From NCBI GenBank assembly GCA_963833985.1, contig CAWIAD010000002.1:1056001-1120000 (forward strand): a DNA stretch of 64,000 nt, written 5' to 3'. Source of the DNA: an uncultured Planctomycetaceae bacterium (lineage in GTDB: Bacteria; Planctomycetota; Planctomycetia; Isosphaerales; Isosphaeraceae). The notes beneath the pieces were generated by a model. It made no database searches, was not told the DNA's origin, and was given only the letters and a program-made list of their open reading frames with translations. A program made the translations under genes and the position numbers. Numbering within the stretch: position 1 is the first letter of the stretch; every line of letters begins with the position of its first letter. Positions 21,456 through 33,028 of the stretch are shown piece after piece.

Positions 21456-23091
21456 ATGAAATCGCCACGATACCTCGTTCTGGCATGTGCCGTCTTCGTC
21501 GTGCTTGAAAGCCACGGGTGGCGCGTTGCGGCCCTGGCCCAGGAACCCGGTCAGCCGCCGTCAGCGCGGCAGAAGGCCGGTTCGTCCGCTACGAAGAACG
21601 AACCGAGCGTCGAGGTCAAAGCGGTCACGCAGGCCCTGCTTGCCGAGATCGACAAGAACTCGGAGCTGATGGTCAACATGGAGTATCTCTGCGACATGAT
21701 CGGCCCGCGCCTTACTGGCTCACCGGGATTGACCCGCGCCAGCGAGTGGACGAGGGATAAGTTCAAGCAATACGGGCTGGCCAATGTCGCACTCGAGCCC
21801 TGGAAAATCCACCAGGCCTGGACCCGGGGTGAAGCGTGCGGTCGAGTGCTCCAGCCCGCGCAGCATCGGTTGCTGCTGGAGTCGGCGGGGTGGGGTCCCG
21901 CGACCAAAGGCCCGCTCCGCGGACCGGTCATCCACGTCAAGGCGGAATCCGCCGAGGAACTGTCACCCTACAAGGGCAAGCTGAAGGGTGCCTGGGTGTT
22001 GCAGCAGGCCGTCTCGGTGCAGCCCTCGCCCAGACAGCCTGGCCCGGCATCGGAGCTCGCCAGCCTGGCGCTGCCGGATGCGCGATTACCAGAAGATGAT
22101 GCGATTCAACCAGGAGCTCAAGACATTCCTGGCGAGCGAGGGAGTGGCCGGCCTGCTGCGCGACTCGAACAAGGAGCACGGACTGGTGAACATGACCGGA
22201 GCCACCAGCAATTACACCGTTGCGCCTTTCCCCGAGGCTTTTCTGACCACCGAGTCCTACGGGTTGGTCTGGAGATTGCTCAAGCGCGGGCCGGTTGAGA
22301 TCGAGATCAACATGCAGAATTCCTTCAGCAGCGAACCGGTCGAGGTTCATAACACGGTCGCGGAAATACCAGGCACCGAGAAGCCCGACGAGGTCGTGAT
22401 CATCGGCGGGCACATCGATAGCTGGGACCTGGGTACAGGCGCCACCGATGATGGCACGGGGATCATGGCCGTGCTCGAGGCTGCCCGGGCGCTCAAGGCC
22501 GTGGGCGTCAGGCCCAGGCGGACCATCCGCTTCGTGATGTTCTCCGGCGAGGAGCAGGGATTACATGGGTCGCGTGCCTATGTCAAGGCGCATGCAAAAG
22601 ACCTCTCCAAAGTATCCGCGGTGCTGGTTCACGACATGGGGACAGGCCGTGTCAAGAGCATTGGCCTGCTTGGCCGTTACGACCTTCGCGAGATCATGGA
22701 TCAGGTTGTCGAACCGTTCAAGGATGCCGTCAAGCTGGACGAACTGAGCCTGCGGGGCATGGCCGGTGGCACCGACCACGCCTCGTTCCTGCCTCATGGC
22801 GTGCCGGCTTTCGCGGTGATCCAGGACGAGGCTGAGTATCGCAAGACTCACCACACCGAGAGCGACACGTTCGACAAGATCTATGCGGATGAGATCAACC
22901 AGGGAGCCAAGGTGCTCGCGGCCTGGGCCTACAATGTGGCCATGCTGCCAGGCTGCTTGCCGCGCAATCCCAAGCCCTTGAGCCCGGGAATGTTCGACGC
23001 CCCCCAGTTCCAGCAGCCAGGCGAGAAGGGGACGCCTCTCCCGGCGACATCCACACCTCCTTCGAGGACCGCCAGCACGGGTGATCGCTGA
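21456..23091 (+). CDS. M28 family metallopeptidase, carboxypeptidase Q-like (frameshift near 22070)
   Basis: Signal peptide; IGPRLTGS; GGHIDSWD...GATDDGTG...FSGEEQGL...TDHASF...HHTESD. Confidence 0.9.
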
Positions 23092-23417
23092 AGCGGCAAC
23101 CCCCGGTCTTGCCGGTCCTGCCGGAGCCGGAGTGCGCTGCGCACCGCGGTTCCCAGCCGTCATCTGGAACGCTTTCGCGGGCTTCGGGAGGTTCCGTACG
23201 TTTCCTGAGCGGCAACCATCCAGGTGACGTGTGTCGACTCTCTTTCCGCGTGGTCGCCGATGCGGCCACGCCGATTCTTCCGTGCGCGCGCTGAGTTTCC
23301 GGCGAGCGCACCGAGCGTCGCCTTTCTGGGCACCCGGTTTGCACAAGCAATCCGGCTGGTCTTCATGCCGGCGTCGCACTGCCGTCGGCGAGTTTGGCAG
23401 CCAGGCCAGGAAACACG

Positions 23418-23951
23418 ATGATGATCAGACAACGATGCACTTTCAGGAGCGTCCTCGTCCCGGGTTTACTCAGCCTCTCTCTCATGGCGGGATGCGGCCA
23501 GGAAGGCGATGAGAATCCCGGTGGCGGAGTGGGTGGAACCGGCACCGTTCCCGATCGCAGCCGGGGCGTCACCCCGAGCCCGGTCACGCCGGGGCCCGGC
23601 GACATGGGCACGAAAACCGGCACCAAGCCCCTCAGCCCCCACCCCGAATCGGGTGCCGACGCCACCACGAGGACAGGCACGCATTCCGACGTCCACCCGG
23701 GTACCGGCAGCTCCGTGGGCACGGGCAGCAGTCCGAGCGAGCCGACCGGCGCGACACCGGCTCCCCGCTCGGATCAAGGCACCGGCTCCACGGGCGCGAA
23801 GGCACCAGGCGCACCGGCGGCGGGCTCGGACGCCGACCATAACGAGACCAGGTCGGGCAGCGCGGGGAATTCGGGTACCACGAGCGGCTCGGGGACCGGC
23901 AACGGCACCAGCGGCGGAACCACCAGCAAGGGACCGGGCCCGCAGCAGTAA
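23418..23951 (+). CDS. Gly/Thr/Ser/Pro-rich low-complexity lipoprotein
   Basis: Lipobox LMAGC after a hydrophobic stretch; remainder looks disordered. Confidence 0.7.
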   Translation: MMIRQRCTFRSVLVPGLLSLSLMAGCGQEGDENPGGGVGGTGTVPDRSRGVTPSPVTPGPGDMGTKTGTKPLSPHPESGADATTRTGTHSDVHPGTGSSVGTGSSPSEPTGATPAPRSDQGTGSTGAKAPGAPAAGSDADHNETRSGSAGNSGTTSGSGTGNGTSGGTTSKGPGPQQ

Positions 23952-24176
23952 CGGGCCGGTCCATGAGCCTGGACGAGGCACCGAACAGCGGAGCCGGCGG
24001 CCGGTACGGATCGAGACACGGCACGTTTCTTGCTGTACCTGGCTGTACTCGGATGACGTTTGAGCACCTCGATCGAACCGTGATCAGGTCTTGCATGGTG
24101 CCCGACGCCTCCATTGCCGCGGGCCGCCGACGCCCGGCAGCCGCGCCACCGGACCGAGACACGAAGAACACTTCTC

Positions 24177-25389
24177 ATGTTTGAGAATCGATTCCGGGGC
24201 GGACATCTGCCGACGGTGGGCGTTGAACTGGAGCTTCAGCTCGTCGATGCCAGCACCCTGGCCTTGCGCCCGGGGATTGACGCGATCTTCGCCGAGCTGC
24301 CAGTCGAGCTTGCCAGCTCCGTCCGGCGTGAGTTCCATACCTGCTGTGTGGAGATTGCCACGGAGGTCTGCACCAGCGTGGACCAGGTGCGGCAAGACCT
24401 GAAGGCGAAGCTGCGCTGGGTTGCCGGGGCGGCCGCCCAGCGCGGGCTCTTGCTGGCCTGGGGGGGAAGCCACCCGTTCTCCCACTGGAAGGACCAGGTG
24501 GTCACCAGCGATCCGCGTTACCAGGCCCTGGCCGAGTCGTACCAGGAGACGCTGCGCAGGCAGCTCACCTTCGGGCTTCATGTCCACGTCGGCGTGGAGT
24601 CTGGCGAGGTTGCGGTCCAGGTCTGCGATCGGATCCGCGATCATCTGCCCGTGCTGCTGGCCCTCTCCGCCAACAGTCCGTTCTGGTGCGGTCGGGCCAC
24701 GGGTCTGCATTCACACCGCATCGAGGTCATGGCAAGCCTCCCCGTCGCGGGAATTCCTCCGTGGATGGGCGGCTGGAACTCCTACACGAAGCTGGTGGAG
24801 GACATGGTTGCCTGCGGGATGATCGAGTCTCCCAAGGACCTCTGGTGGGACGTGCGACCCAGCCCCGCCCACGGGACCGTGGAGGTCCGCATCTGCGACA
24901 TGCCGCTTGGGCTGGAAGCCGTGCTGGGCCTGACAGCACTCGTCCAGTGTCTTGTGCACTTCCTGGCGCAGCGAGAGCGATGAGCCGGACGCGCAGGCTT
25001 GCCAGGGCGTTCAACTTTCGGATCAGGGCCGCCACCTGATCCTGCAACAGAATCGCTGGCTGGCCGCGCGGCACGGGCTGGATGCCCTGCTGATTGATGG
25101 CCGCACCCAGCGCAAGGCGCCGGCCCGGGTTCTGGCACGCGAGCTGGTCGATCGCTTGATCGATACCGGCCAGGACCTGCGGTGCGTGGAACACCTGCAA
25201 AACTTGAGAATGCGGACGCGCACCCCTGGCGGCGCGGTGACTCAGCTTGCCACGTACGCCCGGACGAACAACGTCGAGGATGTGGTGCGGCTGATGACCC
25301 GTGCCGATTCCTCGGGCCACCGGCAGCCCTCGCTCTCTCCGCTGCTCAGCCACGGCTCGATGCTCGACCCGATCGAGGCCGGCCTGTGA
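24177..25389 (+). CDS. ybdK: YbdK/GCS2 carboxylate-amine (glutamate-cysteine) ligase (frameshift near 24968)
   Basis: TVGVELELQLVD...FGLHVHVG...LALSANSPFW...LWWDVRPSP.HGTVEVRICD; NRWLAARHGL. Confidence 0.88.
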
Positions 25390-25410
25390 GGTGGCCGCAT
25401 TGATCGCACA

Positions 25411-26054
25411 ATGGCTTCTCGACCGCGCGGGCTCTGTATACACTCGCAGTATGAAGGACTTCAACGGTCATCAGGAAGCCCCGGCGCGCGACGGCACCGC
25501 TTTGATGATCTGGCATCGACACAGGTCCGTGCGCCGGCTTCCGGTACTGGCTCCGCGGTTCCGGAACGGCTCCATTCGGGCCGCCGGCTGGTCCTGGTCG
25601 CCGGGGCCGTCATCCTCTTTCTCTGGGGATGTCTTTATCTCGCATTCTTTCAATGGCGCGTGCGCTATCGCGAGCGGACGGCGTTCGGTGTCACGCAGGT
25701 GGCTCCGGAGATCGATCGCCTTGCTGAGGTCGTTCCTCCCGGAACCAGCCCGGAGGACTGGCGGACAGCCGTGCATCAGACCCATGACATGCTGGTCGCC
25801 GTGCTCAGCGCGAACCTGCTGGATGTGTCCCGGATGAAATCACTCCGCGACGAGCTGAGGCAGTCCGTGGAGCGGCGCAGGCCCATCCGGAGACGGCTCG
25901 CGACGAGCTGGCCGGCATCTGGAACGCCATGGCCACCCGCGCTGAGTTCGTGCTCCAGGAAGGGACCTCCGGGCGCCGCAAGGCCCATGCTCGGCCCGCG
26001 ATCTTGCCGCCACGGCCGGTCAAGAACCTGGGGCCGCACCAAACCGCTCCCTGA
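25411..26054 (+). CDS. Hypothetical single-pass membrane protein (frameshift near 25875; start uncertain)
   Basis: HSGRRLVLVAGAVILFLWGCLYLAF TM segment followed by a helical domain. Confidence 0.55.
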
Positions 26055-26941
26055 GCGCATGGGCCAGGGTCTGAAGCTGCCCCACGTCCAGTGCCTCGGC
26101 GCGCTGTTGACCATCGAGGCCCAGCGCGAAGCCAGGCCTCCACCTCGGTCTTGCTCCAGCGCTCGCGAAACAGGTTCTCGAGCACGTGACGCAGGCTCTT
26201 GCGGCGGTACAGGAACAGCTTGCGGACGACGTCGTGGAACCAGGCCACGTCGAGACCCGCCCGGCGGTCTGCGTCGGGCCGGATCGCCACGATCGCGGAC
26301 TCCACCTTGGGCCGCGGCCAGAACACGGAAGGGGGGAGAGTACGCACGATCGCAACCTCCGCGAGCGACTGCACCATCACCGCCAGAGCCCCGTACTCCG
26401 GCGAGCTGGGCAGTGACATCATGCGCTCGGCCAGTTCGCGCTGGATCGTCACCACCATCAAGGCGGGGCAGAGCCGTGGGTGCACCAGCAAGTTCATGAT
26501 GACCGGAGTGGCCACGCTGTACGGCAGGTTGGCCACCAGCTTGAAGGTCTGCGAGGGAGCGCCGGCTCCGGCCTCCAGGAGTGTCTCGACCACGGCGGGG
26601 TTCAGGGTGTTCTTGTTCGCCAGGACATCGGCACGCAGTACCCGCACGCCGGCAAGGGCCGCCACGGCTTCCTCGGTCAGGCGCGCCATGTCCGCATCAA
26701 GCTCGACCGCGACAACCTTTGCACCCTGCGCGGCAAGCAGCGTGGTGAGGGCGCCGGCTCCAGTGCCGACCTCGAGGATCAGTTCACCGGGCCCCACGGC
26801 GGCCTGCTGAACGATCAGCTCATGCAGATTCAGGTCGATGAGGAAGTTTTGACCCAGGCTGCGCCGGGGTGAGATGCCTCGTCTGGCAAAGAGGCTGCGC
26901 AGGTAGGACTGGGTCTGCCGAACCGGCATGGAAGACTCCAT
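26020..26941 (-). CDS. rsmA: 16S rRNA adenine dimethyltransferase (frameshift near 26128)
   Basis: LGQNFLID...LEVGTGAGALT...VANLPY...FWPRPKVES. Confidence 0.95.
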
Positions 26942-26954
26942 CGTGGCCTCGGCC

Positions 26955-27545
26955 TCAATCTTTCCCCAGCAGCCTGGCGACGTGCTTGGCCAGGATATCG
27001 ATCTCGATGTTCACGCGATCTCCGGGCCTGAGGAGCCCGAGAGTGGTCACGGCCAGCGTGTGGGGAATGAGCATCACCGAGAAGCCGTCTGCCCCGACCT
27101 CGACGAGCGTGAGGCTCACGCCGTCCACGGCGATGGAGCCCTTCGGAACCAATAGCCGGGTCCAGGCCGGGTCGAGCTCGAACGCGAGGAACTCCCATTC
27201 ACCCTCTGGCCGACGCTGGCGAAGCGTGGCTGTCAAGTCGACATGCCCCTGAACGAAATGCCCGCCCAGACGGTCGCCGGCGCGCAACGATCGCTCGAAG
27301 TTGACGCGGTCTCCGGCAGTTTTGTCTCCCAGGTTGGTCCGGACGAGTGTCTCCGGCCCCGCCTGGACCTGGAACGTCGTATTCTGACTGGCCACAACCG
27401 TCAGGCAGCACCCATTGACCGCCACGCTCTCACCAATTGCCAGCGGTGCATCAAGGCCAGGCCAGCAGAGCGTGAGCCGTTGCCCGGCGTTCTCCGTGGC
27501 GATCGCCTCGACCTTGCCCAGCGCTTCAACCAGCCCTGTGAACAC
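26955..27545 (-). CDS. ribE: Riboflavin synthase (alpha chain)
   Basis: GTG start MFTGLVE; GESVAVNGCCLTV; GGHFVQGHVD; KGSIAVDGVSLT. Confidence 0.95.
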   Translation of the reverse strand: MFTGLVEALGKVEAIATENAGQRLTLCWPGLDAPLAIGESVAVNGCCLTVVASQNTTFQVQAGPETLVRTNLGDKTAGDRVNFERSLRAGDRLGGHFVQGHVDLTATLRQRRPEGEWEFLAFELDPAWTRLLVPKGSIAVDGVSLTLVEVGADGFSVMLIPHTLAVTTLGLLRPGDRVNIEIDILAKHVARLLGKD

Positions 27546-27788
27546 GCTTGCAGACTCCTTCGAGCTCTGGTCCCGAGTCCCGGAAAAACCGAACCGGGGC
27601 TGGCGGCCAAACCGTCTATGGTAGCATCGCAAACCGGAAGGTAGAATGCGATCCGGTCGCGCAGCCGTGCTCCGTGCAGGGCCTCACGCTGCGCGGGCCA
27701 CCTTTGCGGGAGACCGGGCGGGTCAGCCTGCGGACTCGAACGGCTTTCACGTCTTCCAATGACCCACGACCCACGGGAGAGCACGTGC

Positions 27789-28694
27789 ATGACACCGCCC
27801 CTGAATCGCCGTGAGTTCCTTGCCCAGGCGACGGCCGCATCCGCGCTGGCCGCCACGGCCACGACCTCCATGGCCGCCACGACCCGCGCCGGGAACGCGC
27901 TTCCGAAGACCCCGACCGACAAGGTTACGCTGGGCCATTCCGGCATCCAGGTCTCACTGGTCGGCATGGGGACCGGCAGCGTGGGCTCCGGCCAGGCCAG
28001 CAACCAGACTCGCCTGGGCGTGAAGGGATTCACCAAGGTCGTGCGGCACGCGCTCGACCAGGGGGTCTGCTTCTTCGACGTCGCCGACCAGTACGGTTCA
28101 CACACGTACCTCCGCGAAGCCCTCAAGGGCGTACCCCGCGAGCAGTACGTGATCCAGACCAAGACGCACGCGACGAACGTACCGGACGCCCGCAGCCACC
28201 TGGAACGTTATCGCATGGAGCTGGGCGTCGACTACATCGACATCGTGCTGCTGCACTGCATGACCAAGGAGGGCTGGCCCGCCGAGAACCAGGGGTCGAT
28301 GGAATACCTGATGCAGGCGAAGCAGGAAAAGATCATCCGCGCCCACGGCACGAGCTGCCACGGCATGGACCCCCTGCGTACCTCGGCCAGGAACCCGTTC
28401 GTGGAGATCGACCTGGCGCGGATCAACCCCGAGGGCCTGATCATGGACGACCGCAAACCCGATGAGGTCGCCTCGGTCCTCGAGGAGATGCACAACGCCG
28501 GCAAGGGAATCGTGGGGATGAAGATCCTGGGCGAGGGCCGGATCAAGACGCCCGAGCGGAAAGACGCCTCGCTGCGCTACGTGCTTGGGCTGGGAACCGT
28601 GAACGCCTTCATCATCGGCTTCCAGACCACCGAGGAAGTGGACGACCTGCTGAAGCGCACGGCCGACGCACTCGCGTTCCTCAAGTCAGCCTGA
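27789..28694 (+). CDS. Aldo/keto reductase with Tat-like signal peptide
   Basis: LNRREFL; FFDVADQYG, IQTK, IDIVLLHC, GMKILG. Confidence 0.88.
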   Translation: MTPPLNRREFLAQATAASALAATATTSMAATTRAGNALPKTPTDKVTLGHSGIQVSLVGMGTGSVGSGQASNQTRLGVKGFTKVVRHALDQGVCFFDVADQYGSHTYLREALKGVPREQYVIQTKTHATNVPDARSHLERYRMELGVDYIDIVLLHCMTKEGWPAENQGSMEYLMQAKQEKIIRAHGTSCHGMDPLRTSARNPFVEIDLARINPEGLIMDDRKPDEVASVLEEMHNAGKGIVGMKILGEGRIKTPERKDASLRYVLGLGTVNAFIIGFQTTEEVDDLLKRTADALAFLKSA

Positions 28695-28715
28695 TCAATC
28701 ACCGCGCAACAAGAG

Positions 28716-28749
28716 GGGGAGGGCCGAGATCTTGATCTCGACCCTCCCC
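28716..28749. terminator. Hairpin between convergent genes (probable bidirectional terminator)
   Basis: ggggagggccgagatc-tt-gatctcgaccctcccc. Confidence 0.65.
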
Positions 28750-28798
28750 GGAAAAGCCTTGGCAGATTGCGCTGGCACTGGGTCGCGGCCCTTCCCGA

Positions 28799-29923
28799 TC
28801 AGGGGGCCAGCGCAGCCCTGGAGCGCCGGGTCAGCTTCACCTGCTGGAACCGGCTGGGAATGTGCGTGGCGTGCGGATCATTGTCGAACGTCACCACCAG
28901 GTGGACGGGGCTGTTCTCGGCGGCAGCCGCGGTCTGCGGCAGCACACACACGCCCTCGGCTTTCATCGCGGACTCGAAGACCCAGAGCTTCTGGGCCTGG
29001 GTCTGGCCTCCGGCGCTGATCTGCTGATCGCTCACGAACCAGAGCGTGTTCCCGTGGAAGGCGTTCTGCTCATCCTCGGTTGCGGTGACCACCAGGAAGC
29101 CCTTCCAGGCCGGCAGGTACTCCATCGCGGTGAGCTGGCAGCGAACGCCCTCGCGCTCGCCGGCATCGAAGGCAAAGAGCCGCGTGAGCGGCAGCTCGGC
29201 CTCGGCGGCTGGCGGCACGGTGATGTCGGCGGCAAAGACGCGGACGAGGTCGTCCGGCTGCCGCAAGCCGAAGCTCAGCTCACGGCGCACCCTTCCATCA
29301 GGCCCCGGCAGCTCGCGCAGGGCCAGGCCCTCGATCTTCCGCTCGGCCACGGCCTTGGTACCCAGACCTTCGTGCTGGAGGGCCCGTACCAGAGAGGCCG
29401 CCAGTTGCCACGAGACGACGGAGTCCTCGTCGATCGCCACCGCGTCAATCGCTCCGCCGGATCCTCCTTGAACCTTCAGCCGGAACCGCACCAGCCTGGC
29501 GTGCTCGTCGCGCTCGCCCTGGGTCTTGCCGGAGTGCGATCCGACGACGTAGTAATTCCCATCCGAGTCGCGGGCCATCCCTTCCCACTTGGATGACTTC
29601 GGCGTCTCCGCCGGGAACTTGCCGCAGGTGAGCAAGGGCCCGACCTGGCGGCCGGTCTCCCTGTCGATGACGCGGAGCGGGACCTTCTTGTCGTGGGCCA
29701 CCAGCAGGAGGCGCCCGTCGCCAATGGGCTGGACCCCGGAAGCCTCGAGCACGTTGTCCAGATGAGGAGTGGTCTGGCCCGAGCCAGAGGCCTCGTAAAA
29801 CGGCGCGGGGAACGTGACCGGCTCGACGATGATATCATCGGCCCGGACCGTCCAGGCCGGTGCCAGGGCCAATGCCAGCGTCAAACCGATGGCAAAGCAT
29901 CGGAGAGAATCCGCGACCTTCAT
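28799..29923 (-). CDS. Secreted DUF3616-like beta-propeller protein
   Basis: Signal peptide; EASG, KWEGMA...VVGSHS, IEGLA and KAEGV repeat motifs. Confidence 0.6.
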   Translation of the reverse strand: MKVADSLRCFAIGLTLALALAPAWTVRADDIIVEPVTFPAPFYEASGSGQTTPHLDNVLEASGVQPIGDGRLLLVAHDKKVPLRVIDRETGRQVGPLLTCGKFPAETPKSSKWEGMARDSDGNYYVVGSHSGKTQGERDEHARLVRFRLKVQGGSGGAIDAVAIDEDSVVSWQLAASLVRALQHEGLGTKAVAERKIEGLALRELPGPDGRVRRELSFGLRQPDDLVRVFAADITVPPAAEAELPLTRLFAFDAGEREGVRCQLTAMEYLPAWKGFLVVTATEDEQNAFHGNTLWFVSDQQISAGGQTQAQKLWVFESAMKAEGVCVLPQTAAAAENSPVHLVVTFDNDPHATHIPSRFQQVKLTRRSRAALAP

Positions 29924-29952
29924 GGGTGCTCCTTGGTTCGAGAGCCGTGGGC

Positions 29953-30360
29953 TCACTTCAGATCAAAGTTGAATTCGGTCTTTTCCGGTGTGACGTCCGC
30001 TGTCAGCTGGGACGTGTTCGGGCTCGTGTACTTCTGGAACGCCCGATCCCTTGCAAGAGACTTGTCCACCTGGGTGATCGAGATCCGGTGGCTCCCCGCG
30101 ACGACTCCATCGGCCGGTTGCAGGGTGCTCAGCTCGTAGGTTCCGTCGGAATGAAGCTCGCCCCTGGCGGGCCGGCCGTAGCCGTCAGGCTCGAACTCGA
30201 TCTGGCCCTTGTTCAGGGGCTGGCCCTTGTAGGTGACCTTCCCCTTGACGTGCAGCAAGGGGGTTGGGGCACTGCCAGTGGTGCTGGAGCCACAACCCCA
30301 GCACGGGAGTCCGAGGAGGGCCGCCAGCATGACCCACGTGGGAGAGACAACTCGTGTCAT
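29953..30360 (-). CDS. Planctomycete carboxypeptidase-regulatory-like lipoprotein (DUF1559 partner)
   Basis: Lipobox CWGC; VKGKVTYKGQPL...DGTYELST...KYTSPNTSQLTADV...FNFDL. Confidence 0.85.
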   Translation of the reverse strand: MTRVVSPTWVMLAALLGLPCWGCGSSTTGSAPTPLLHVKGKVTYKGQPLNKGQIEFEPDGYGRPARGELHSDGTYELSTLQPADGVVAGSHRISITQVDKSLARDRAFQKYTSPNTSQLTADVTPEKTEFNFDLK

Positions 30361-30422
30361 GAATGAATTCCTGAACGATGGTTCGGCCGACGAGGCGTCG
30401 CGACGAAGGGTGGACGTATGAA

Positions 30423-30457
30423 GGACCAGAGGGGACCGCGCAAGTCCCCTCTGGTCC
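30423..30457. terminator. Perfect 14-bp stem-loop between the DUF1559 and lipoprotein genes
   Basis: ggaccagaggggac-cgcgcaa-gtcccctctggtcc. Confidence 0.6.
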
Positions 30458-30523
30458 GCCCATGGGCTGCTAAGGCGTACCCGCTCATCCGAGCGAGCGG
30501 CCGCGAATCGAATGGACGTCGCC

Positions 30524-31681
<1,158 letters not shown>

Positions 31682-32243
31682 CAGGATGCTCGTCTGAAAA
31701 GGAAAGATGGAAGCTTCGTTGCTTGCACAGGCTTGTTATCAAGCATGCCAGGATATAGAACGCTAAAATCATGAAGATTTCATGAGAACGGATTGAATAT
31801 TGCGAGAACGAACGAATCGTAAGAATTGGATTCTTGCGAACAATTTGAAGTGCTTCTGCCAAGATATTTATGATATCTTAAGTAGACTTGATATTATTCT
31901 GGTTTACACATGCGGGCTGCCTGGCGTCAGGCGCAAAGGCAGAGCCGACCGGCGCCACCGGCATCACTTGCCGGCAGACCCTGGACGGGCAGCATGCCAT
32001 CTGGTCTCTTGCGGCGTATCGCGCGATCCCTCGCCGCCGGCAAAGGAAATGCGGTGACCCGCGCCGGGACCTGCCAGAATCACCTGACAAGCGGGGGACT
32101 GCCGATTCTGATACGAAGTGTCGCGGATCGTGCGTCCGGACTGGTGGAATGGCACGGACGCACAGCGAAGACTCACGTGCAGGGCGAATCGCCGGGATCG
32201 GACCCGTCACGCCTGTTCATGCCATGGGGCCGAACCTGGTCGC

Positions 32244-32423
32244 CTACCGGTCCGGGGCGTCCGCGTCAATCAAACGCAATCCGAATCCATGATCGGCTTC
32301 CGCTCTTTGCACCACTTGATTCTCGGCCGACATGTACTGGGCGAACCTGGGGGTGAAGTAAACGACGGCCACGAGGATTCCAATCACGGCACAGCAGACC
32401 AGCAGATCTCCTAGCTGTCGCAT
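32244..32423 (-). CDS. Small (59 aa) single-TM protein
   Basis: RBS GAGGAG upstream of ATG 32423; MRQLGDLLVCCAVIGILVAVVYFTP. Confidence 0.55.
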   Translation of the reverse strand: MRQLGDLLVCCAVIGILVAVVYFTPRFAQYMSAENQVVQRAEADHGFGLRLIDADAPDR

Positions 32424-33028
32424 GGTTCCGTTGCTCCTCGGAATAAATCGGTTCAAAACTCTCCGGAACTGATCACTCAACCGATTCCAGACAGCCCAGG
32501 CCGGCGCTTCCCGGATGGCGGCCATCCCCTGGCACCGCAATCTGCAAGCCCCACGATGCTGACCACGGGCCACTCCTGCCCCGGACGACCTTCTCCATGA
32601 CCCTGCTACTTCTAAGATGGAACAGAATTGCAACGCCGTTCGCGTTTTTTGTGACTTTCATGATGAGAAAAGGCAACATGCCGGTTTCCGGTCCACGATC
32701 GGGATGACCGTCGCGCACCGGAAGTGTCCCGGCGAGCGTTCTACGAGGGGCTACCGCGCCACCTTTCTTCGCTCGCCGCGACCCGAACATCTCTCAGGGG
32801 TGCGCCTGAACATGCATGGTCTGTAAGTGAGACGAGCTCTGGAAGGAGTGGACTATCCGGGTAACTCGCAGAACCGCCACCATCGGCCTGGCCCTCAGAT
32901 CTCCGGCGGTCTCTGTCTTCATGAAAAAGACGTTTGTCTCCGATTCCACTTCATTGTAGATTCACGACACAGCGGTCCGTTCGACCGTTGTGCGCCGGCT
33001 CCCCATCTTTCAGTCCCAGAGTCGATCG

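Noticed and set aside
27546..27788. FMN riboswitch upstream of riboflavin synthase
   Set aside because: No RFN consensus visible on the minus strand.
32043..32075. Cobalamin-riboswitch-like words (ggaaatgcggtga...gacctgcc)
   Set aside because: Far too compact, the gccactg core is missing, and no B12-related gene follows.
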